Of a DNA stretch of 64,000 nucleotides, positions 54,268 through 62,199 are shown one piece after another. The notes beneath the pieces were generated by a model that had not been told where the DNA came from, ran no database searches, and saw only the letters and a list, made by a program, of their open reading frames with translations. The position numbers and the translations under genes were made by a program. Position 1 is the first letter of the stretch; each line of letters starts with the position of its first letter. Origin of the DNA: an uncultured Gammaproteobacteria bacterium (GTDB lineage: Bacteria > Patescibacteriota > Patescibacteriia > Patescibacteriales > UBA12465); the NCBI GenBank assembly GCA_964539545.1, contig CAZIJG010000001.1, positions 11,083 to 75,082 of the forward strand, written 5' to 3'.

Positions 54268-56103
54268 ATGGCCAAGAAAAAACAAAAAATGACAGAATAT
54301 AGTAAAGAAGTAGGTAATTTAGAGGTTGTTAAAAAAACTGAAACAACTAACGATCAAAAATTATCTCTATCTAAAGATGGTTTTAATATGGGCAAGGGAA
54401 CTAACCTCTATATTGGTAGCCTGAATATTAATACCCATTTGAAAAAACGTCATGAAAAACATTATAAAAACAGTGCTTTTCATTTAATTGCTGATCTAGT
54501 CATGGTTGTAGTCATAGTCCTATTAATAATAATAGTTTTACGATTAGCTTTTTGGAACCCTAAACCAGAAATTACTTTAAGTTCTAATACTAGCAACGAC
54601 ACCGTAAATAGCGCTGAATTACAAACTTTTATTTTGGATTATCATAGTAACTCCCATAGTTACGGCAATAGTCTAAGCGTTAATCTACCAGAAAATTTTG
54701 TTTTTGTGAGCGCGCTTCCTAACAACACTTTCAATTCTGAAAATAACACTTTCAACTTACCTGACTTAACTCCTGGAGCCAATGGTCAAATTAAGATTAC
54801 TGGTTATATCATGGGTAAAGTAGGAAATCATCAGGCGATTGGCTTTACCTTTAACTGTAAAGAATGTGACGAAACCGGTGTTTTAAATTCTTTATTATAT
54901 AATATTGAGGGCTCAGCCCTTAAATTATCTGCTTGGGCTCCAGAAACCTTCTATACCAACACCGAAACTGAAATTGAAATAACTATAAAGAATACTAGCT
55001 CTAGTAACTGGGGAAAGGTTTTACTTGAATTACCAGAAGCTTGGTTAATAACAGGAGACTACAACATTATAGATAATCGTTTAGTAATCGAAAATGTAAA
55101 AGCTGATTCAGAAACCATAATTAACTTAACAGTAATTCCTGTTAACAATCCCGGCACAGCTAAGCTAACCATAGATTATTTATTAGTTTATGAGGGTGAG
55201 AAATTAAACCAGGGGACTTGGGTTAAATCTATTTTAATTAGCGAACCGCAGCTCAAAGTAAGTTTAGATAGTTATGATCAGGTTATAGACACTAAGAAAT
55301 CAACGTATTTTTGTTTAGACTATAAAAATCTAGAAAATACTACAATTAGTAATTTATCATTCCGATTAGCTCCAAACGACAATTTTAAAATCTCAGATGT
55401 AAAACTAACTCAATCTAATCGTGACTTTAACATAGTAGACAACGTTATCTTGGTTAAGAAAAACATTCAAAGTCAGGAAGTTGGACAAATTAATTTCTCT
55501 GCTAAATTAGAGAGTATCGAACCTAGGATTAATCAGAATTTCAAATTAAGAACTCAGGCTAATTATCTATTAGATAATAAAACTGTTAACTATAATCTGG
55601 CTTCAAGAACCATCAAAGTCGCTTCTAGTTTAGACACCGACATTAGAGCCTATTACTACAGTCCTCAAGGTGATCAGCTAGGTATCGGCCCCCTACCACC
55701 AATCGTAAATATTCCTACCACCTACTGGATATTTCTTAATACTAAAAATTTTGGTAATAACTTAGAAGATTTAACTATTAGCGCTCAACTCGGAACTAAC
55801 GTTAGCTGGACAGACAAAAAAAGCGTTATCAGTGGAGACTTGAGATATGCCCCAGGTAGTAATAAAATATCTTGGGAATTGAAAAAGGTTCTAGCAGAAG
55901 ATAAAAATCGTTCTGCTCGTTTTGCTGTTAACTTAATACCAACTACCGGACAAATTGATACTGTACCAACTCTACTACAAAACATTCAGGTAACTGCCTA
56001 TGATAACTTCACCAAACAAAATATTAGTTTCTCTCTAGCAGATATAACTACTAAATTAACTTTTGACAGCCTAGCCTCAGGCCAGGATAAAGTACAGCCA
56101 TAA
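54268..56103 (+). CDS. Membrane-anchored large surface protein (beta-sandwich-like repeats)
   Basis: Basic N-terminus and one TM (LIADLVMVVVIVLLIIIVLRLAFW). Asn/Ser/Thr-rich ectodomain of about 500 aa. No family recognised. Confidence 0.55.
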   Translation: MAKKKQKMTEYSKEVGNLEVVKKTETTNDQKLSLSKDGFNMGKGTNLYIGSLNINTHLKKRHEKHYKNSAFHLIADLVMVVVIVLLIIIVLRLAFWNPKPEITLSSNTSNDTVNSAELQTFILDYHSNSHSYGNSLSVNLPENFVFVSALPNNTFNSENNTFNLPDLTPGANGQIKITGYIMGKVGNHQAIGFTFNCKECDETGVLNSLLYNIEGSALKLSAWAPETFYTNTETEIEITIKNTSSSNWGKVLLELPEAWLITGDYNIIDNRLVIENVKADSETIINLTVIPVNNPGTAKLTIDYLLVYEGEKLNQGTWVKSILISEPQLKVSLDSYDQVIDTKKSTYFCLDYKNLENTTISNLSFRLAPNDNFKISDVKLTQSNRDFNIVDNVILVKKNIQSQEVGQINFSAKLESIEPRINQNFKLRTQANYLLDNKTVNYNLASRTIKVASSLDTDIRAYYYSPQGDQLGIGPLPPIVNIPTTYWIFLNTKNFGNNLEDLTISAQLGTNVSWTDKKSVISGDLRYAPGSNKISWELKKVLAEDKNRSARFAVNLIPTTGQIDTVPTLLQNIQVTAYDNFTKQNISFSLADITTKLTFDSLASGQDKVQP

Positions 56104-56104
56104 T

Positions 56105-57250
56105 ATGATTGATTTTTTAAAATCTTTAATCAAACCAAGATATAAAACATTAAATATTATTGAAATATATAGCCAGCATCTACTGGCTAATTTTTCTCTA
56201 TTACAGGAACAACGACCTAATTCAGAAATCATTCCAGTTCTCAAAGCTAACGCCTACGGACACGGCTTAAAACAAATATGTAAAATTCTTAAACATAGTC
56301 CAGCCACTACTGTGGCCGTAGACTCGTTTCCCGAAGCCCAAATTGCTAATAAATATTTTGGTAAAAAGATTTTAATAATGGCTGAGATGCCTTGGCAAGC
56401 TTATGGTTATCTTAATTTTAATCACACCGAATTTGTAATATATAATTCTGATACTTTAAAATTTTTAGCAAATAAATTTGGTAAGAGGATTCATATTCAC
56501 CTATTCATTAACACTGGCATGAATCGAGAAGGTATTAAAAATTTGTCTAAGTTTTTAGAAGAAAATAAAGAATATTTAAATAGAGTTAAGGTGGTCGGAG
56601 TTACTTCTCATTTAGTTGGCTCAGAGACTGATTCTAAATTAAACGCTCAACAAGAGGAAACATTTAAAACGGCCATAGAAGTATTGAAGAGTAATGGTTA
56701 TAAGGGCCTAAAAACGCATCTAGGCAACTCAGGAGGCGTTTTCGGCTTAAAGTATGACTATGACGCCTATCGAGCAGGAATTTGCTTCTACGGGTACAAT
56801 ATACTACCTAAAAATCATCCTAAATATGGGATAGCTAAACAGGTAAAACCAGCCCTACGAATTATTTCTCAAGTTACTGCCATACAAAAAATAAAAGCTG
56901 GAGAAACCGTATCTTATAATGAAAAATTTACTACTTCTGAGCCAACTACCATAGCCATAGTTCCATTCGGATACTTTGAAGGTTTAAGTAGAAAACTATC
57001 CAATCAAGCTGAATTCAAAATTATTAATGATGACTATAATTATTTTGCTAAAATAGCTGGAGCAGTTTGCATGAATATTGTTTGTCTAGATTGCAAAAAT
57101 CAAAAATTACAGTTAGGAGACGCTGTAGAAATAATCTCTTTAAATTCAAACGATAAAAATTCTATTACTAATCTAGCTAAACAAGAAGAAACTATTATTT
57201 ACGAATCTCTAGCTAAACTAGCTACTAATATTAGAAGGAAAATTATATGA
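56105..57250 (+). CDS. alr: Alanine racemase
   Basis: PLP-Lys motif VLKANAYGHG and Alr-like length. Confidence 0.9.
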   Translation: MIDFLKSLIKPRYKTLNIIEIYSQHLLANFSLLQEQRPNSEIIPVLKANAYGHGLKQICKILKHSPATTVAVDSFPEAQIANKYFGKKILIMAEMPWQAYGYLNFNHTEFVIYNSDTLKFLANKFGKRIHIHLFINTGMNREGIKNLSKFLEENKEYLNRVKVVGVTSHLVGSETDSKLNAQQEETFKTAIEVLKSNGYKGLKTHLGNSGGVFGLKYDYDAYRAGICFYGYNILPKNHPKYGIAKQVKPALRIISQVTAIQKIKAGETVSYNEKFTTSEPTTIAIVPFGYFEGLSRKLSNQAEFKIINDDYNYFAKIAGAVCMNIVCLDCKNQKLQLGDAVEIISLNSNDKNSITNLAKQEETIIYESLAKLATNIRRKII

Positions 57251-58188
57251 AAAAACCAATCATTGCCCTATTAGGCGGAGGGAATTCCTTGGAAAGAAAA
57301 GTATCCTTAAATACTTCCAAACAAATCCAAAAAGCTTTATTAAAAGCTGAATACGAAATAATTTTCTATGATCCTAAAACTGACTTAATAAAATTGACCG
57401 AAGACTGGCAGGCTAATCGTTTTGATATAGCCATTCCAGCTTTACACGGAAAAGGCGGAGAAGACGGTACTATTCAAGGGTTTCTAGAATCTTTAGGCAT
57501 TCCTTATGTTTTTTCTGGCGTAGAGGCTAGCTCTATAGCAATGAATAAATACGTTACTACTTCCATCGCTAAAAGATTAGGTCTAAAAATTGCAGAAAAC
57601 ATATTGATTTCTGATATATCTGAATTAGATAAAACCCAGGCGGAAAATTTAAATCTTCCTTTAGTAATTAAACCTAACCATGGCGGATCATCAGTACAGA
57701 TGAATATTATAGATAGTCTAGACAATTTAAAAGCTGATGTGGCTACAATACTAGAATCTGGCGATCAAGCTTTACTAGAGTCCTTCATCATTGGTCGAGA
57801 ACTTACCGTAACTATTCTAGGCAATGGAGCTACTAGTAAGGCTATGCCTATAATAGAAATACTACCCAGGAAGAATAAATTCTATGATTATGAATCTAAA
57901 TATTCTCCGGGAGGAAGCGAACATATTTGTCCAGCTAAAATACCATCAAATATAGCTGATCGAGCTCAAGCTCAAGCTCTAAAGATATATCGACAGTTAA
58001 ATATAAAAGATTTAGCTAGAATAGACTTCATCTATAATGAACAACAAGCAGAGATATATTTCTTAGAAGTTAATACTATTCCTGGTATGACAGCGACTAG
58101 TTTAGCCCCTGAATCCGCTAGTAAAGTGGGCATTAGCTTCATAGAATTGCTAGAAAAATTGATTAATTATAACTACAACAAAAGCTAA
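57247..58188 (+). CDS. ddl: D-alanine--D-alanine ligase
   Basis: ALHGKGGEDGTIQG, ATP-grasp layout and EVNTIPGMT. ATGA overlap with alr. Confidence 0.95.
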   Translation: MKKPIIALLGGGNSLERKVSLNTSKQIQKALLKAEYEIIFYDPKTDLIKLTEDWQANRFDIAIPALHGKGGEDGTIQGFLESLGIPYVFSGVEASSIAMNKYVTTSIAKRLGLKIAENILISDISELDKTQAENLNLPLVIKPNHGGSSVQMNIIDSLDNLKADVATILESGDQALLESFIIGRELTVTILGNGATSKAMPIIEILPRKNKFYDYESKYSPGGSEHICPAKIPSNIADRAQAQALKIYRQLNIKDLARIDFIYNEQQAEIYFLEVNTIPGMTATSLAPESASKVGISFIELLEKLINYNYNKS

Positions 58189-58191
58189 TTT

Positions 58192-59046
58192 ATGTCAAGA
58201 GTAAGGAAGAAAAGAAAAAGGGATTATCAACCCCATAACTTACAGAATCCCTTTTTTAAAAGAAAAAAACGGGGAAGAGCTAAAAAGAAGATATCTTGGC
58301 GTTCTTGTATTATAATCCTAATCATTTTAGCCATAGTAGGTGGAGCATTTTGGTTCTTCTATTTATCTAATACTTTTATAATTTCCAAAATAGAAGTTAT
58401 AGGGCTGACAAGAATCGATTCAGCAGTTATTAAAGATTTTGTTTATCAACAAGGGGATAAAAAGAAAACTGGCTTTATCAAACAAAAAAATCTTTTTGTT
58501 TTTAATGACAACCTTTTAATTGAGAACTTACAAAAACGTTATAATTTTGCTAAAATAGATATAGAAAAGCTTTTACCTGATACCTTAGAGATTACTATCG
58601 AAGAAAGAACTTTTCAAATTATTTGGCTAGAGGAAGGTAATTATTATTTTATTGACCAATCTGGATTTATTATTGAAAAAATTAATGAGCTAGAAAAAGT
58701 AGATCCTAAAAACTATCCAATCATAGACAACTCCAGCTTAAAGTTAATCTCTAATCAACAAATAGGTGCTGATACTGAATATTTAGAATTTATTTTAACC
58801 TCCTGGCAAGAACTGAAAAATCGACCCGATCATGGCATAGTTATCGAAAAATTCATTATAAAGAACAATCTAAACAGTCTAGACGCTAAGGTAATCAATG
58901 GTCCTGTGGTTTACCTAAACATTAAGAACAGTCCTCAGCAACAAATCATGAACCTAGTAGTTCTAAAGGCCCAGGAATTAAATGAAGACTTTTTTTCTAA
59001 AACTTATATAGACTTAAGATATAAAGAAAAGATATATTATTATTAA
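58192..59046 (+). CDS. ftsQ: Cell division protein FtsQ/DivIB-like
   Basis: Basic N-terminus, one TM helix, POTRA-like ISKIEVIGLTRIDSAVIKDFV. Position directly after ddl. Confidence 0.75.
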   Translation: MSRVRKKRKRDYQPHNLQNPFFKRKKRGRAKKKISWRSCIIILIILAIVGGAFWFFYLSNTFIISKIEVIGLTRIDSAVIKDFVYQQGDKKKTGFIKQKNLFVFNDNLLIENLQKRYNFAKIDIEKLLPDTLEITIEERTFQIIWLEEGNYYFIDQSGFIIEKINELEKVDPKNYPIIDNSSLKLISNQQIGADTEYLEFILTSWQELKNRPDHGIVIEKFIIKNNLNSLDAKVINGPVVYLNIKNSPQQQIMNLVVLKAQELNEDFFSKTYIDLRYKEKIYYY

Positions 59047-59051
59047 AACAT

Positions 59052-59198
59052 ATGGAACAAGAAAAACTTTTTAAAACCAGTTTTGTCCTAGCAATTATTG
59101 TTTTCTGTATACTAGTAATCGGGGTATTTCTGTTAATCTCAAAGATTATACTGATTTTTAGCCCAGAAATACATCTAATGGGTCTGACTATTGGGTAA
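59052..59198 (+). CDS. Possible 48-aa single-TM micro-protein
   Basis: ORF not in the track: MEQEKLFKTSFVLAIIVFCILVIGVFLLISKIILIFSPEIHLMGLTIG. 5 nt after ftsQ. Confidence 0.3.
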   Translation: MEQEKLFKTSFVLAIIVFCILVIGVFLLISKIILIFSPEIHLMGLTIG

Positions 59199-59201
59199 CA
59201 G

Positions 59202-59230
59202 TTGACAAAACACACTCTTTGAGAGATAAT
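59202..59230 (+). promoter_or_regulatory. Sigma-70-like promoter candidate for the xer gene
   Basis: TTGACA (59202-59207), 17-nt spacer, GATAAT (59225-59230). Confidence 0.5.
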
Positions 59231-59291
59231 GATAACTGAGTGTAAGGGATATTATACTCAGTTATTGTTAATGCTAGGAATAGACACTTCT

Positions 59292-60227
59292 ATGGACAAC
59301 CTACCCTATTTAGACGATTTTCTTCTAAATTTAAAAGTTAATAACTATTCTCAAGAAACGCTTTATAACTATGAGCGTGATTTATCTGTGTTTGGGCATT
59401 TTTTAATTGATTCTAAGCTGTCCTTTGATAAGCTAATAAAAAAAGATATATTAAACTATAAAGCCTTTTTAACTTCCGTGGACCGTATTACCGCAAAAGC
59501 TCAAAAAACAACAAAAAAACTTTCTCCATATTCAATCAACCGAATGTTATCAGTTCTTAGAGCTTATTTTAAATATCTCATAGATAATGATTATCCAGTC
59601 CCCTTACCCCCTGATTCTATAAAAATGATTAAAACTATCAAGAAGAAAGCTCAAGTACCAGAATTTGAGCAATTGGTCAAGTTAATAGAATCACCAGAAA
59701 AATTTGAAACAAATAAAAAAATCGGTTTAAGAAACCGAGTTATCATGGAAATATTGTTTGCCACTGGCCTAAGGATATCTGAGTTGGTAAATATTAAAAT
59801 TAAACAAATAGACAAAGAAGGCAAAATCTTTGTGCTGGGTAAAGGTAAAAAAGAAAGATTTGTTTATCTTACACCCAGAGCCATGAAACAATTAAATAAA
59901 TACCTAGAAATCCGACATGATGATTCTAATTACCTCTTTGTTCCCCTCCGAGGTTTACACTCCAAAGATAAAGATAAAAAACTATCCACCAACTATATTC
60001 AAGAAAGAATTAAAAGATACCGAGAGTTATTAGATATAAATATTCCAGCTTCAGCTCATTCACTTCGACATGGCTTTGCTACCTATTTAGCCGAATCAGG
60101 AGCCTCTCCAGTGGCTATACAGATACTATTAGGCCATGAATCATTAGATACTACTACTAGATATGTACACGCCTCGGATAAATATGCTCAAAAAATACAT
60201 AAGAAATTCCATCCTTTGAGTAAATAA
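59292..60227 (+). CDS. Tyrosine recombinase XerC/XerD-like
   Basis: N-terminal SAM-like core-binding domain. HSLRHGFATYL and LLGHESLDTTTRYVH. The start was moved to ATG 59292 (59271 is also possible) because 59229 lies inside the -10 box. Confidence 0.85.
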   Translation: MDNLPYLDDFLLNLKVNNYSQETLYNYERDLSVFGHFLIDSKLSFDKLIKKDILNYKAFLTSVDRITAKAQKTTKKLSPYSINRMLSVLRAYFKYLIDNDYPVPLPPDSIKMIKTIKKKAQVPEFEQLVKLIESPEKFETNKKIGLRNRVIMEILFATGLRISELVNIKIKQIDKEGKIFVLGKGKKERFVYLTPRAMKQLNKYLEIRHDDSNYLFVPLRGLHSKDKDKKLSTNYIQERIKRYRELLDINIPASAHSLRHGFATYLAESGASPVAIQILLGHESLDTTTRYVHASDKYAQKIHKKFHPLSK

Positions 60228-60228
60228 A

Positions 60229-60258
60229 GAAGTCGATTAAACTTAACCGACTTTTTTT
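60229..60258. terminator. Bidirectional terminator
   Basis: agtcg/cgact stem flanked by A-rich sequence and T7. Confidence 0.6.
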
Positions 60259-60272
60259 GTTACTACTTATCT

Positions 60273-60617
60273 TTACCATTCTAAGGAAATTATATTTCCT
60301 CCGGGAATTGTTATACGATAAGGTTGTAACATGAAGACATATGTTATCCGCAGAGTAGATTCATCAGGGTTCTTTTCGCCCCTAATGCTATCGTACAAAT
60401 CTTTATCTGAGAACCTTATGACAACATGGTAGTTATCTTCAAGTAGTATAAAACTGCAACCACTGTCAATAACTAACTCCTGCTCTTTTTCGTCTTTGTC
60501 TAAATAAGCTAGAACAAACTTTTTTATTACCAACTTATCATTAACAAGTTGTTTTAGACTTAGTGTTTCTTTTTTACTGTTAGTAAATTTATTTTCTGAA
60601 ATATCTGATAACGTCAT
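60273..60617 (-). CDS. Hypothetical 114-aa protein
   Basis: Has its own TTGACA-N17-TATAGT promoter. No family recognised. Confidence 0.45.
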   Translation of the reverse strand: MTLSDISENKFTNSKKETLSLKQLVNDKLVIKKFVLAYLDKDEKEQELVIDSGCSFILLEDNYHVVIRFSDKDLYDSIRGEKNPDESTLRITYVFMLQPYRITIPGGNIISLEW

Positions 60618-60659
60618 AGCAATATGTTTTAAGTTTTTAAAATAACTAATGATTAGAAT

Positions 60660-60688
60660 ACTATATCATAAATATATATTTTTGTCAA
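60660..60688 (-). promoter_or_regulatory. Sigma-70-like promoter candidate
   Basis: Minus strand TTGACA (60688-60683), 17-nt spacer, TATAGT (60665-60660). Confidence 0.5.
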
Positions 60689-60710
60689 TACTAGCTCTAT
60701 GTTTTACTAT

Positions 60711-60738
60711 AAAAAATAAAAGGACCTTTACTGGCCCT
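60711..60738 (-). terminator. Intrinsic terminator (minus strand)
   Basis: AGGGCC/GGUCCU stem with one G-U pair and a 6-nt loop, followed by UUUUAUUUUUU. Confidence 0.55.
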
Positions 60739-60863
60739 TATATAAATTTATTAAAAATAAATCTTGAAAAATTAAAAATTACGAAATACAGATACTCACC
60801 AATAGAAATAATTAGCAACCATATAATTCGAACAAACAACAAAATATTACGAAATATCTTCAT
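60738..60863 (-). CDS. Possible 41-aa hydrophobic micro-protein
   Basis: MKIFRNILLFVRIIWLLIISIGEYLYFVIFNFSRFIFNKFI. Lies between a weak promoter (TTGACA 60929-60924, N17, TAGTCT) and the 60711-60738 terminator. Could be chance in AT-rich DNA. Confidence 0.25.
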   Translation of the reverse strand: MKIFRNILLFVRIIWLLIISIGEYLYFVIFNFSRFIFNKFI

Positions 60864-60931
60864 AGCAAGTTTATTTAGGAGTTAAAAAGATCAATATATA
60901 AGACTAATACAAAAATACTACCATGTCAATG

Positions 60932-60960
60932 AAAAAAGAGGTTGTTTATACAACCTCTTT
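60932..60960 (-). terminator. Terminator of the 60993-62066 gene
   Basis: gaggttg/caacctc 7-bp stem with a 6-nt loop and T6 on the minus strand. Confidence 0.8.
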
Positions 60961-60992
60961 GTAATTTGTATTCGTAGTGGACATAACGAATA

Positions 60993-62066
60993 TTATTTTT
61001 TCTTTTTTACTTGGACAAAGGACTTCTTTGAAAAAGGGTAAATAATTACAGTCCCTTTTTCAAAATTTCTCATAAATCTTATGATATCACCCTCGTTTTG
61101 TTGAAAATAAGGCCCTTGTGGCTTACCAAGGTCTTTGTATACATCTAACATATTAGGTTCATCTTGCCCAAAAGCAAAATAAACGTTATCCAATAATAAT
61201 GTTGAAGCATATACAAAAGCAGCGTCTTTAGTAGCTTGAAATACCGTATAGGATCCAGTTTTCTCGGCATTATCCAAACATTGAAACCAGCCACCAGCTC
61301 TCTTATCTCCTAAGTAATCGTTAGGAAATTCTTCAAAGAATCTACCATCAAGTACATCACTATACTCAGTTGTTCCTTTGTTGCCCATCAGAAGAAAATC
61401 GTTACCTTTAGCTTCTCTGATAATTGCTAGAAAATTTCTAACTCCTTGATACCAAACTGAATCAAGATGTGAATCATTATCTCTAATTCTATCTAAATTA
61501 GCATCAATACCAATATTATCTCGATAATCACCTACCCAAGCAATATTAGGTGTACAATTATCCATGAAATAACCATCCCAGATACTGTCAGTTAAAACGT
61601 TTTTTAATATAAAACGCGCAATAAACTGATAATATTTAACACCGTATAATTCAGGACAATCAGTAGACAAATTAAGCATCTTCATACCAGGCCAAAAAAT
61701 CACAGATTTTTCGTTAGGTTGAAGAAGCCACCAATGTTCAAAATATTTACTAATGGTATCAAGAACATATTGCTGTACAGCTCTCCTGGCTGGCATCTCC
61801 GGGGCAAACAACTCCATAGGATTAGAATAACAAATAAGCTTAGTATTTTCGCCTAAACTCTTCACTAGTTCTAATCGATCTCTGTTATTAAACATATTCT
61901 CAAGATCAGCTATAACTATGTCAAATTGACTTAGCTTAATTGCTTCTACCTCGGTCATATAAGGTTGAGTCCAATAGGCAACTGACTTGAAATTATCTTT
62001 TCCTCCTGCTTGTGAAAAAACAAAGCAAGGAATTAAAACACATAATAGAACTAATAACTGTTTCAT
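60993..62066 (-). CDS. Secreted glycoside-hydrolase-like (GH114/GHL15-like) protein, paralog of the 52215 N-domain
   Basis: Signal peptide. Collinear motifs with 52215-54263: FWPGMKMLNLS/FWSGTYMLNLS, WDGYFMDN/WDGVFYDN, GRFFEEFP/GMMLEDFP. Confidence 0.65.
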   Translation of the reverse strand: MKQLLVLLCVLIPCFVFSQAGGKDNFKSVAYWTQPYMTEVEAIKLSQFDIVIADLENMFNNRDRLELVKSLGENTKLICYSNPMELFAPEMPARRAVQQYVLDTISKYFEHWWLLQPNEKSVIFWPGMKMLNLSTDCPELYGVKYYQFIARFILKNVLTDSIWDGYFMDNCTPNIAWVGDYRDNIGIDANLDRIRDNDSHLDSVWYQGVRNFLAIIREAKGNDFLLMGNKGTTEYSDVLDGRFFEEFPNDYLGDKRAGGWFQCLDNAEKTGSYTVFQATKDAAFVYASTLLLDNVYFAFGQDEPNMLDVYKDLGKPQGPYFQQNEGDIIRFMRNFEKGTVIIYPFSKKSFVQVKKKK

Positions 62067-62199
62067 TTTTAAGTTTTAAGGTTCGACAATAATATAATGA
62101 ATTTATCATTATAAGACAAATTTCAAGAAAAGTCAAGGGTTTACATTTGCTAAATAAAAAACCAGCTTACAAAAACTGATCTTATTTTTATATCTATTT

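Noticed and set aside
585-59215. Dozens of 60-110-aa ORFs in the supplied track that lie antisense to, or nested within, well-supported genes. Examples: 585-785, 2447-2704, 10566-10811, 16119-16334, 16637-16885, 18906-19166, 26152-26433, 28199-28906, 31586-31858, 32042-32350, 34265-34462, 34898-35128, 41303-41593, 42716-43045, 45254-45499, 47371-47649, 57504-57725 and 58997-59215.
   Set aside because: Each overlaps a gene with clear family motifs on the other strand. Their translations are low-complexity (Ile/Leu/Ser/Phe-rich) with no recognisable motifs. Long antisense ORFs are expected by chance opposite genuine coding sequence.
59292-60227. The tyrosine recombinase as a phage or ICE integrase marking a mobile element boundary.
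   Set aside because: It has the XerC/D-type N-terminal domain and catalytic motifs, sits directly after ddl-ftsQ, and no attachment-site repeats, tRNA target or cargo genes are evident. A chromosome-dimer resolvase is the simpler reading. The adjacent orphan gene and spacer are noted separately.
60649-60885. The 78-aa plus-strand ORF in the supplied track.
   Set aside because: It spans the minus-strand promoter and terminator elements, has no promoter or terminator context of its own, and is Ile/Asn/Lys-rich low complexity typical of random frames in AT-rich spacers.
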